52,149 nucleotides of DNA from Schleiferiaceae bacterium (GTDB lineage: Bacteria; Bacteroidota; Bacteroidia; Flavobacteriales; Schleiferiaceae), in contig JAKMEB010000016.1 of the NCBI GenBank assembly GCA_022426185.1, positions 1 to 52,149 of the forward strand, written 5' to 3'. Positions 38,192 to 46,890 of this stretch are shown here, piece after piece. Within the stretch, counting starts at the first letter, position 1. Each line of letters begins with the position of its first letter. The position numbers were made by a program, and so were the translations under genes. The notes beneath the pieces were generated by a model. The model made no database searches, was not told where the DNA came from, and worked only from the letters and a program-made list of their open reading frames with translations.

Positions 38192-39240
38192 TGGACGAGC
38201 AACACGATACTACTTCCAACGATGAACTGTATGTCCACCACAGTTTTACTGCAGATAAAGGTCAGAACCCTTTACGTGTAGATAAATTTCTATTCAATTT
38301 TCTCGAGGATACTTCACGCAGTCGCATACAAAAAGCTGCAGATGCAGGTTCTATTCATGTTAACGGTTTACCGGTTAAAAGCAACTATAAGGTCAAGGCT
38401 GCGGACACCGTAGAATTGGTTCTAGCCAATCCACCGCGTGAGACGGAAATTATTCCGGAGAACATTCCATTGGACCTGTTGTATCGAGATGAGCACGTCA
38501 TTGTCATAAATAAAGAAGCCGGTTTGGTCTGTCACCCAGGTCATGGGAACTATACTGGAACCTTGGTGCATGCTTTGGCGTATTTAGCTGAAAATTTACC
38601 GGTTGGATCAAGCGGAGGGGAACGTCCAGGATTGGTACATCGGCTGGATAAGAATACCACGGGCGTCATGGTAGTGGCCGCCTCCGAATTAGCAATGAGC
38701 CATCTTGCAAAACAATTTTATGACCGTACGACACAGCGTGAATACATCGCCATTGTATGGGGCAATGTGAAGGAGGACGAAGGAACCATCACAGGTCATA
38801 TTGGTAGAAGTGTATCCGACCGCTTACAAATGGCAGTTTTCGAAGATGGTAGCGAAGGAAAACATGCCGTCACGCATTACAAAGTAATCCAACGATTTGG
38901 CTATGTAACTGTTGTGAGTTGTAAACTGGAAACGGGACGCACGCATCAAATCCGGGTACATTTGAAGTATTTAGGCCACCCACTTTTCAATGACGAACGT
39001 TACGGAGGAGATAAAATCTTGAAGGGAACGACGTTTACAAAGTACAAGCAGTTCATCATGAATTGTTTTAAAGTTTGTCCGCGTCACGCCTTGCATGCAA
39101 AGAGTTTGGGCTTTGTACACCCGAAAACGGGCGAACAACACCGCTATGAAAGTGTTTTACCAGAGGATATGCAAGAAGTCATTCGTAAATTCGATGCATA
39201 TACCAGTTCGGTTGAACTAAATAAAGAAGATGAAGAGTAG
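38176..39240 (+). CDS. rluD: RluD/RluA-family 23S rRNA pseudouridine synthase
   Basis: S4 domain, catalytic HRLDKNTTG, and GRTHQIRVH. The start could instead be the ATG at 38191 (TAATG overlap with the upstream stop). Confidence 0.9.
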   Translation: MDENLMDEQHDTTSNDELYVHHSFTADKGQNPLRVDKFLFNFLEDTSRSRIQKAADAGSIHVNGLPVKSNYKVKAADTVELVLANPPRETEIIPENIPLDLLYRDEHVIVINKEAGLVCHPGHGNYTGTLVHALAYLAENLPVGSSGGERPGLVHRLDKNTTGVMVVAASELAMSHLAKQFYDRTTQREYIAIVWGNVKEDEGTITGHIGRSVSDRLQMAVFEDGSEGKHAVTHYKVIQRFGYVTVVSCKLETGRTHQIRVHLKYLGHPLFNDERYGGDKILKGTTFTKYKQFIMNCFKVCPRHALHAKSLGFVHPKTGEQHRYESVLPEDMQEVIRKFDAYTSSVELNKEDEE

Positions 39241-40291
39241 GTTGATTTTAGTGCCATTGGTCTCCCTGTTCATAGCTGCGAGCTGTGGGCCAGAAGAGCC
39301 GTTGCACAATCCTACACCACTTACTTTAAATTACCCGTCCCATTTCCCATCTCCTGAATTACCAGTGGATAATCCACTGACCGAAGAAGGCGCGAAACTG
39401 GGGCGTCATTTATTCTTTGATCCTAGACTTTCAGGTGACAATACCCAAAGTTGTGGTTCGTGCCATAGCCAAGAACATGGTTTCGCTGAGCCTACTCAAT
39501 ATTCTACGGGAATAGATGGTACATCCGGTTCTGTAAATGCTATGGTTCTTACGAATATGGCCTGGCAAGAATTCTTTTTCTGGGACGGCCGAGAGAACAG
39601 TCTAGAAGACCAAGTTCAAGATCCCATTGTGAATCCTATAGAGATGCATGCGCAATGGCCGGATGTCATTGCGAAATTTGCTCAGGACCCAACCTATGTG
39701 GAGTTGTTTGCATCTGCTTTTGGTACTGAAGATCCTATAACAAGGTCAAATACGGCGAAGGCTTTGGCGCAATATGTACGCACTTTAGTATCCGGAAATA
39801 GTAAACTGGATCAGTACTTGAAAGGCGAATACCTATTCAACGCTTCCGAACAATTAGGCTTTGATATTTACAATAATGAACAAGGCGATTGTTTCCATTG
39901 TCACGGATTGGCTTCCACTGGGTATCAAATGGGTGCGCACGGTCTGTTGCAATTCACGAATAATGGATTAGATAGCGTCCATACTGTAGGTGCGGGCCGC
40001 GAGGCAGTAACCGGAGACCCCGCTGACCGTGGTAAATTTAAAGTCCCATCATTGCGCAACGTTGAATACAGCTATCCGTATATGCATGACGGTCGTTTTC
40101 AAACGCTTTCTGATGTACTTGATTTCTATGAAATGGGCGGTCATCCTTCTACAACTTTAGATCCTAATATGAAGGCCGTGGGTGTAGGTAGGAATTGGTC
40201 TGTAGCGCAAAAACAAGGACTTATGGACTTCTTGAAGACCTTTTCTGATCCAACGTTTTTAACGGACACTTCATTTACCGATCCTTGGTAG
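39230..40291 (+). CDS. Di-haem cytochrome c peroxidase family lipoprotein (CCP/MauG-like)
   Basis: Lipobox IAASC and two haem c motifs, CGSCH and CFHCH, with the conserved PSLRNV...PYMHDG segment. Confidence 0.88.
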   Translation: MKSRLILVPLVSLFIAASCGPEEPLHNPTPLTLNYPSHFPSPELPVDNPLTEEGAKLGRHLFFDPRLSGDNTQSCGSCHSQEHGFAEPTQYSTGIDGTSGSVNAMVLTNMAWQEFFFWDGRENSLEDQVQDPIVNPIEMHAQWPDVIAKFAQDPTYVELFASAFGTEDPITRSNTAKALAQYVRTLVSGNSKLDQYLKGEYLFNASEQLGFDIYNNEQGDCFHCHGLASTGYQMGAHGLLQFTNNGLDSVHTVGAGREAVTGDPADRGKFKVPSLRNVEYSYPYMHDGRFQTLSDVLDFYEMGGHPSTTLDPNMKAVGVGRNWSVAQKQGLMDFLKTFSDPTFLTDTSFTDPW

Positions 40292-40292
40292 A

Positions 40293-40778
40293 ATGAATCT
40301 ACTCTACAGCGGCACCTCCTTTATTGAGCCCATGTTCCCTAACATGCCCCACAATGTTTTGAGTATTTCGACAGCTGTTATTGCGGATTTCCCGCAAAAA
40401 CATCGCACCAGAATAGTCCTTAAAATTAATGGAGAAGGTCACATTCAATGTGGTCTAAATACCCATATGCCCGGAAAGCGTTGTATGATGATCAGTAAAA
40501 AGCATATGGCCAGCATGGGGTTGATGACTAGCGAAAAGGTCTTTTTCGAAATTTTCGAAGATCCAAATCCGCTAGGCGTAGACCTTCCTGAAGTATTAGC
40601 AGCGCTCATCGAACAAGATCCCCTTGTAGAACGTGTATGGGGTGCCTTGAGCGATGGAAGGAAGCGTACCATCTGTCATTCTACAATGCGCATTAAAAAT
40701 ATAGATCTTCAGGTAGAACGCGCCTTAGAGTTCTTTGAAGCGGAGCGCGAGAAATTGGTCCTTCGGGGAAAATGGTAG
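40293..40778 (+). CDS. YdeI/OmpD-associated family protein (DUF1905-like plus YdeI C-terminal)
   Basis: The C-terminal W..LS.GRKR......I...K....R..R..E pattern (VWGALSDGRKRTICHSTMRIKNIDLQVERALEF) matches the YdeI family. Confidence 0.5.
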   Translation: MNLLYSGTSFIEPMFPNMPHNVLSISTAVIADFPQKHRTRIVLKINGEGHIQCGLNTHMPGKRCMMISKKHMASMGLMTSEKVFFEIFEDPNPLGVDLPEVLAALIEQDPLVERVWGALSDGRKRTICHSTMRIKNIDLQVERALEFFEAEREKLVLRGKW

Positions 40779-40862
40779 ATTTTGGCATGCCTTTTGAAAT
40801 AAACTTAATAAGGACTCCGTACCTTAACCTACCTAGATTAACTAACAGTAAAACCGTGTATT

Positions 40863-41417
40863 ATGAAAGCGAGAATTCTCTTGGTCTCCATTATTAGCGC
40901 AGGACTTGTGTTTGCAAGCTGTGGTTCTAAAACAAAAGTACCGAAAGGCGAAATTGAGCAGGTATTGCCGTGTTCAGAATTTAAAAGTGACAAAAAGACT
41001 TTCCGTGTTTACAGTTTTGGGGAGAGCGCTGATATGAATGTGGCTAAGAAAAAAGCGCTAAGTAATGCTCGAACGGAACTAGCCGGTATGGTAAATAGTA
41101 CGATGAAAGTCGTCGCGGACAATTATGTGAAGAGCATGGAAGTCAATAATATTGAGGAAGTGTTGGAGCGTTTTGAAGAGAACTCGCGCACGATCATCAA
41201 TGAGCGCTTAAATGGTGCGGTTGTGGTTTGTGATCGTGTTACCCAAGTACAATCGAGCGGCAAGTTTAAATACTACATCGCTATCGAATTGGACGGTGAG
41301 AAAATTGTAAAGAATTACTATAAGGCACTTTCCAAAAACGATAAAATAATGGTTGATTACAACTACGAAAAGTTCAAAGAGACCTACGAAAAAGAGATGG
41401 AGCGCGCAGGCAGATAA
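40863..41417 (+). CDS. Small LPP20-like lipoprotein
   Basis: Lipobox VFASC. SFGESADMNVAKKKALSNARTELAGMV, then a ...KFKYYIAIELDG strand, as in LPP20-type lipoproteins. Confidence 0.5.
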   Translation: MKARILLVSIISAGLVFASCGSKTKVPKGEIEQVLPCSEFKSDKKTFRVYSFGESADMNVAKKKALSNARTELAGMVNSTMKVVADNYVKSMEVNNIEEVLERFEENSRTIINERLNGAVVVCDRVTQVQSSGKFKYYIAIELDGEKIVKNYYKALSKNDKIMVDYNYEKFKETYEKEMERAGR

Positions 41418-42467
41418 CTAGTTATACGCTTTTAGCAACTCTAAAATTATTGAGTCCCACGATCTGCTATTGAACAGATCGTGGGATTTTTTTTGCTCGA
41501 GATCCCCCTTGATTATAGCGTCAATTGTTGCGACTGTATGGACCTTATTGCTCATCCGAATAGGGGTTCCAACGGGAGCGAGCGTTTCGCTCATATCGGC
41601 AACGTCATTGTAGAGCACACGCATGCCCTGTGATGCAGCTTCCCAACCAACAAGCGAAAAAGATTCAAAATGTGAAGGTATAAGTAGTGTATGATGCCTG
41701 CGAAGGAGTTGTTTTAGCTCAATGCCTTCAGTATACGGCAAGAACGTAACCGTTGGGCCGGCTGCAGCGCGACAGGAGTCGTAATATTTCTTCTGATTGG
41801 TGTTCGCATCGCCAACAACGGTAAGCGGCCAATCATTTTCAGTGGCCCAATCAATGATGGTTTTTTGATTTTTGAGCCATTCCAATCGTCCTAAAAGTAA
41901 AATCCCATCGCGCTTTTTAGACTCCTCAAAAGGGTCAAGAAAAGAAGCGCCAAGTCCGATGGGAATAGTTTTTACCGTCGAGGCAAATGCATCAAAGTCA
42001 TTTTCGATACGATGCAGTTCACTTTTTGACGAGGTGATGAGAAGGTCAGTGGACTCGAGAAGCGCCCGCATAAATGACTTTTGACCCCGCACTGCAAACT
42101 GCATTCCTGGGAATCGATCGCTTCCGTTCATCGCTCGAGCAAGGGTCTTAATGTATTCTATTCCATGCTTTCCAACAAGCGAAAATAGTTTTGGAAAGCG
42201 TTGTGCATCAGCCAAACTGTAGTCTACATAGATGCTACTAAGAATTTTTTTACCCTTGAACGACGTAAAATACGGCAAAAGGTCTGCCGGTCTGCCAAGA
42301 TTGAAACCGTGAAGTATGGTGGCTGTTGAAGGAAGTTTTTGACCGGCGGTAACGACGGTTACTTCGTATCCACAGCGCTGCAGAGCGGAAGCCGTTTCGT
42401 CCACTTGCACTGTATCACCTCCTGGTTGGGTATACAGGGTTTTCCGTGCCAGCAGCACTATGTGCAT
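41418..42467 (-). CDS. Glycosyltransferase, GT4 (GT-B fold) family
   Basis: C-terminal half LIPSHFESFSLVGWEAASQGMRVL contains the E-x7-E-type GT4 motif. 349 aa. Confidence 0.8.
   Translation of the reverse strand: MHIVLLARKTLYTQPGGDTVQVDETASALQRCGYEVTVVTAGQKLPSTATILHGFNLGRPADLLPYFTSFKGKKILSSIYVDYSLADAQRFPKLFSLVGKHGIEYIKTLARAMNGSDRFPGMQFAVRGQKSFMRALLESTDLLITSSKSELHRIENDFDAFASTVKTIPIGLGASFLDPFEESKKRDGILLLGRLEWLKNQKTIIDWATENDWPLTVVGDANTNQKKYYDSCRAAAGPTVTFLPYTEGIELKQLLRRHHTLLIPSHFESFSLVGWEAASQGMRVLYNDVADMSETLAPVGTPIRMSNKVHTVATIDAIIKGDLEQKKSHDLFNSRSWDSIILELLKAYN
41455..41494 (+). terminator. Rho-independent terminator of the 40863-41417 gene, located inside the convergent glycosyltransferase CDS
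   Basis: TCCCACGATCTG-ctattgaa-CAGATCGTGGGA (perfect 12-bp stem) followed by T8. It starts 38 nt after the + strand stop. Confidence 0.8.
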
Positions 42468-42658
42468 TATTCCGCGATCATGTTGTGGGCTTCTAATACA
42501 TCAAGGACATCGTCCGCATCTGCGTCGTCAGAAAAGGTCAAAGGTTTATTAGGAAGTGCGGTGTCAACACGCCAATTTCCCTCACCAAGCAATGCGTTGA
42601 GATCCGATTGCACTTTGGCGATGCATCCGCCACAGTTGATTTTTGAATCTAAGGTCAT
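42467..42658 (-). CDS. Small heavy-metal-associated (HMA)-like metallochaperone with a CGGC motif
   Basis: 63 aa. KINCGGCIAKVQSDLNAL...WRVDTALPNKPLTF has a ferredoxin-like HMA layout. ATGA overlap with the ATPase stop. Confidence 0.65.
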   Translation of the reverse strand: MTLDSKINCGGCIAKVQSDLNALLGEGNWRVDTALPNKPLTFSDDADADDVLDVLEAHNMIAE

Positions 42659-44793
42659 TGTAAGGATATTTTATGAAGCCGTAGCGAGTTTACTACCACG
42701 CCCAAGCTACTAAAACTCATGGCAATACTGGCCATCATTGGGGTTAATTCTAATCCGAATGGAGTCGCAAGAAGCCCCGATGCAATAGGAAGGGCAATAA
42801 GATTGTATCCAAAAGCCCACCATAAATTACCTCGAATAGTCTCCATTGTATGTATACTAAGATTGAAATAATGCGCCAATTGTGGCAACCCTTCGCGGGT
42901 GAGAACTACATCGGCACTCTCTTGTGCTACTGCAGTTCCATGGGCCATTGAAATTCCTATGTCGGCAGCATTTAAGGCTATACTGTCATTAATTCCATCA
43001 CCCAACATAAGTGTACGACCTTTCTTTTGGTATGCTCGTACCAAAGCCACTTTATCGTGGGGTTGCAATCCGCCGTGATAGTTGGCTATATCCAGCGATT
43101 CAGCTGTTTTGGCAACCGCTTTTTCAACATCGCCCGATGCGATAATAGGTAAAATACCACGGTGCTTTAATTCGCGAATAAGTTCAGGCGCATCGGGATG
43201 GAGGGTATCTTCAAAAGAAGCGAGAGCAACCATTCCATCTTCAGTAAAACAAAGGGTATGAGTGACTGGTACCATCGGTGGGGTAGTGCCCGTGATTTCT
43301 TTGTAAAACTGCCCCGAACCGACATAATAGGTCCGCCCATCAATCTTACCTTGAACACCTTTACCAGGCAGTGCTTTGAACCGTTTTACTTGGGGCAATC
43401 CGTCCCTAGTTCCAAAGTATAATGAAAGCGCTTGATTGAGAGGATGCGTTCCCTTTTCATTCAATGCGACCAAAGCAGAACGTGCGCTCATGTCGCTCCA
43501 ATCAACTTTGGTAACTACAGGTCTGCCTAGGGTAAGTGTACCTGTTTTATCCAAAATGGCATATTTGACCGCACCCGCCAATTGTAAGGCCGCTGCATTT
43601 TTGATCAACAAACCGCTTTTACTGCCTATACCTGTGGCGGCAACTACGGCCAATGGGGTTGCGAGTCCTAACGCACACGGGCAGGCGATAACCAATACGT
43701 CAATGGCATATACACCAGCCTTAGGGGAGTCAAATCCGAAGTGCCAGAGCAACCAGGTGATTAAACTCAATCCTAAAATAGTGGGCACAAAAATCTTAGA
43801 AACCCGGTCTGTCATGGCTTCAATAGGTGCCGCAGTTGCTTGTGCATCTACCACTGCATCTATGATTCCACCTAAAGCACTGCTCCGTCCCGTATGGGTC
43901 ACGCGCACGAGCATTCCCTCATTCCCGTTCATCGTTCCCGCCCATATTCTTGAACCAATCTCTTTTTCTACCGCCATGGGTTCGCCTGTAAAAGTGCTTT
44001 CATCTATGGTGCTTCTCCCTTCAACGACTATTCCATCCACGGGAACGCGTTGCGAGGGCTGAACCCAGACTAATTGGTCCAGTTCTAAAGTTTCAACAGG
44101 TACCTTTCGCTGCGCACCCCCTTCTTCCACTAAAATCGCCTCATTCGGTTGCATCGATAATAGCGCAGTCAACGCTCTACTGTTCGATAACTTTCCGCGG
44201 TCTTCTAAAAATTTACCGATAAGTATGAAATAAATGATCAAACCGGCACTCTCGAAATAAAGTTGTTGGTGTTCCCCAAGGACTAATCCTACAATGGAAT
44301 ATCCATAAGCTACAAGAGCGCCTAGACTTACAAGTGTATCCATATTAGAGCTGCCTGTTTTGGCAAGTACAAAAGCCTTCGAATGAATCTTTCGTCCAAA
44401 GTAAAAACTAAGTGTGCTGGCAAATAGAAATTGAAGGGCAATACTCCAATTTGTTTGTAGGTGCAGCATTCCCACGATCAATAAAGGAAGGGCAAGTGCA
44501 GAAGCAGCGAACAGCTCTTTGCGTTTACGATCCAATTCGTCTTTCTGATTTTCGATTCGCGTACGAGGATTGACGTAGCCCGTTGTGAGTTCGTATCCTG
44601 CCCCAGCTAAACTCTTTTGAAGGGCGGCCACATCGAGAACGTCTGAATCTATGGTAGCTCTAAAACTTCCACTGGCGTAGCGTATCTGGAGTTGTTCCAA
44701 CCCCGGAGTTCCGTCTGCAATAGCATTCGCACTGTGTGCACAGCCTGCGCAGGTCATCCCGGTTAATGCCCATTGAATTCGCTCTTTTGCCAT
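42655..44793 (-). CDS. copA: Copper-translocating P1B-type ATPase
   Basis: N-terminal HMA GMTCAGC, the CPC motif in TM6 (ACPCALGLATP), DKTGTLT and GDGINDS. I chose the start at 44793 (MAKERIQW...), because the longer 44955 start would overlap dcp. Confidence 0.93.
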   Translation of the reverse strand: MAKERIQWALTGMTCAGCAHSANAIADGTPGLEQLQIRYASGSFRATIDSDVLDVAALQKSLAGAGYELTTGYVNPRTRIENQKDELDRKRKELFAASALALPLLIVGMLHLQTNWSIALQFLFASTLSFYFGRKIHSKAFVLAKTGSSNMDTLVSLGALVAYGYSIVGLVLGEHQQLYFESAGLIIYFILIGKFLEDRGKLSNSRALTALLSMQPNEAILVEEGGAQRKVPVETLELDQLVWVQPSQRVPVDGIVVEGRSTIDESTFTGEPMAVEKEIGSRIWAGTMNGNEGMLVRVTHTGRSSALGGIIDAVVDAQATAAPIEAMTDRVSKIFVPTILGLSLITWLLWHFGFDSPKAGVYAIDVLVIACPCALGLATPLAVVAATGIGSKSGLLIKNAAALQLAGAVKYAILDKTGTLTLGRPVVTKVDWSDMSARSALVALNEKGTHPLNQALSLYFGTRDGLPQVKRFKALPGKGVQGKIDGRTYYVGSGQFYKEITGTTPPMVPVTHTLCFTEDGMVALASFEDTLHPDAPELIRELKHRGILPIIASGDVEKAVAKTAESLDIANYHGGLQPHDKVALVRAYQKKGRTLMLGDGINDSIALNAADIGISMAHGTAVAQESADVVLTREGLPQLAHYFNLSIHTMETIRGNLWWAFGYNLIALPIASGLLATPFGLELTPMMASIAMSFSSLGVVVNSLRLHKISLQ

Positions 44794-44826
44794 GGTGCAA
44801 AGGTAGGTATTGCCAATGGTAAAAAG

Positions 44827-44834
44827 TATCTTTG
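44827..44834 (+). promoter_or_regulatory. Candidate -7 promoter box (TATCTTTG) for dcp
   Basis: Matches TAnnTTTG, 29 nt upstream of the ATG at 44863. A mirror candidate TACCTTTG lies on the minus strand (44798-44805), 4 nt from the copA ATG. Confidence 0.35.
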
Positions 44835-44862
44835 AGCAACTGCTTAATTTGTTAGAACCTTC

Positions 44863-46890
44863 ATGAATCCACTTATAGAATTTCCTGCAACTCCTCATGA
44901 CGCATTGGCGTTTGACCGTATTGAGCCCGAATATTTTTTGCCCGCATTGGAGCATTGGATTAAAGTGGCTAGAGAACGTCAGGACGAGATCGTGAAAAAC
45001 TCTAAGGCCCCCACTTTTGAAAACACCGTAGTCGCTTTAGAATTCTCCTCCTTAGAATTGAATAAAGTAAGCAGCTGTTTTTTTAATCTGAACAGTGCAG
45101 AAACGAACACATCCATACAAGAGATTGCGCGTACTTTTTCACCAAAACTTACCGCATTTAGTAGTGAGACGTTGTTAAACGAAGGTCTGTTTCTAAGAAT
45201 TAAAGCAGTGTGGGAGCACCGTCATAATGAATCGCTTGATGATGAAAGTGTTCGATTACTCAGGGAGACCTATGAAGGATTCGTGCGCAACGGAGCCTTG
45301 CTGGAGGGTGAGGAGCGTGAGCAGCTTAAAGCTATTAGTGAAAAGCTCAGTAAACTCGCGCTCTCATTTGGTGAGAACGTTTTAAAAGAGACGCAAGCCT
45401 TTGCATATGATGTGAAAGATATCGAAGCGTTGACTGGATTGCCAGAGGCAGTTATCGCGAGTGCTGCTGCTTTAGCCAAGGAAAACGGCAAAGACGGATA
45501 TCAATTTGGATTGGACATGCCTACGTACATCAGTATTATGAAGTACGCCGAAAAGTCTTCTTTACGCGAACATATGTACCGCGCTTATGCCACTAGAGCA
45601 GCTAAAGAGAATGAATTCAATAATGAAGTTAACATTCAAGAATTAGTCAATACACGTTTAGCAAAAGCGAAGCTTTTGGGGTTCAATTCTCATGCTGAGC
45701 TTACGTTGAGCAAGCGAATGGCTAAAAGACCACAGACGGTGTTATCCTTCTTGGATGATCTCAAAGTATTGGCCAAGCCAGCTGCAGAGAAAGACTTAAA
45801 AGCAGTGCAAGAATTTGCAAGCGCTTCAGGCCACGAAGGCGAGGTCAAGTCTTGGGATTTTTCGTATTGGTCTGAAAAGCTTAAAAAGGCAACTCTGAAC
45901 CTCGACGATAACTTGTTGAAGCCTTACTTCAAGATTGAAAATGTATTGAACGGCGTCTTTGACATAAGCAATAAGCTCTATGGTTTGAGTTTCAAGTTGA
46001 ATGATAATATTGCAACCTACCACCCCGATGTAGATGCCTACGAGGTATACGATAAAGACGGAGCGTTTTTGAGCCTCTTGTATACCGATTTCTTCCCGCG
46101 CGCGGGAAAGCGTGCAGGTGCTTGGATGACCAGCTACCGAAGCATGTATGCCTTGAATGGAACAGTGGTGCGTCCGCACATTAGTATTGTATGTAATTTC
46201 ACAAAGCCTACAGCGGACCAGCCTTCATTACTCACCTTTAACGAGGTCACGACTTTATTCCATGAGTTTGGACATGCCTTGCACGGTATGATGGCTCGTG
46301 GGACGTACCCATCACTTACAGGAACCAGTGTGTATTGGGATTTTGTAGAATTGCCTTCACAGATTTTAGAGAATTGGTGCTATGAACCTGAAGCATTAGC
46401 GCTGTTCGCGAAGCACTTTGAGACCGGTGAGCTACTGCCTAAAGAATATGTAGATCGTATTGTTGAAAGTCAACAATTTATGGAGGGATATGCCACTTTA
46501 CGACAGCTCAACTTTGGCTATCTAGACATGACCTACCACGGACTAACAACACCAATGGAAGGTTCTGTGGCCGATTTTGAACGCTCAGCCACGGCGGATA
46601 CACAACTGTTTGTGCCTGTGGAAGGAACGTCCTCATCCACTGCGTTCAGTCACATTTTCCAAGGTGGGTATAGCGCAGGATATTACAGCTACAAGTGGGC
46701 TGAGGTCCTGGATGCAGATGCATTTGAACGCTTTAAAGAGGAAGGCATTTTTAATGAAGCTGCAGCAAACGATTTTGCTGCTATTCTTTCAAGTGGAGGC
46801 ACGGTAGCGCCAGACGAGCTTTTCAAGAAGTTTAGGGGTCGTGACCCGAAGGTAGATGCCTTATTGAAGCGTGCTGGAATTGCCAGTTAA
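44863..46890 (+). CDS. dcp: M3-family metallopeptidase (peptidyl-dipeptidase Dcp / oligopeptidase A-like)
   Basis: 675 aa. HEFGHALH zinc motif with downstream E (VELPSQILENW). Confidence 0.92.
   Translation: MNPLIEFPATPHDALAFDRIEPEYFLPALEHWIKVARERQDEIVKNSKAPTFENTVVALEFSSLELNKVSSCFFNLNSAETNTSIQEIARTFSPKLTAFSSETLLNEGLFLRIKAVWEHRHNESLDDESVRLLRETYEGFVRNGALLEGEEREQLKAISEKLSKLALSFGENVLKETQAFAYDVKDIEALTGLPEAVIASAAALAKENGKDGYQFGLDMPTYISIMKYAEKSSLREHMYRAYATRAAKENEFNNEVNIQELVNTRLAKAKLLGFNSHAELTLSKRMAKRPQTVLSFLDDLKVLAKPAAEKDLKAVQEFASASGHEGEVKSWDFSYWSEKLKKATLNLDDNLLKPYFKIENVLNGVFDISNKLYGLSFKLNDNIATYHPDVDAYEVYDKDGAFLSLLYTDFFPRAGKRAGAWMTSYRSMYALNGTVVRPHISIVCNFTKPTADQPSLLTFNEVTTLFHEFGHALHGMMARGTYPSLTGTSVYWDFVELPSQILENWCYEPEALALFAKHFETGELLPKEYVDRIVESQQFMEGYATLRQLNFGYLDMTYHGLTTPMEGSVADFERSATADTQLFVPVEGTSSSTAFSHIFQGGYSAGYYSYKWAEVLDADAFERFKEEGIFNEAAANDFAAILSSGGTVAPDELFKKFRGRDPKVDALLKRAGIAS

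Noticed and set aside
43436-44062. Long antisense ORFs inside well-supported genes. Examples: 43436-44062 (+) in copA, 16531-17184 (+) in acs, 13658-14182 (+) in lysC/GNAT, 30556-31125 (+) in ftsH, 7561-7971 (+) in mfd, 48713-49123 (+) in the EBP gene and 11744-12094 (-) in the dehydrogenase gene.
   Set aside because: Each lies fully within a gene carrying unmistakable family motifs on the opposite strand. Their translations are low-complexity (S/R/T/P/C-rich) with no recognisable motifs. This is typical shadow-ORF behaviour, not overlapping genes.
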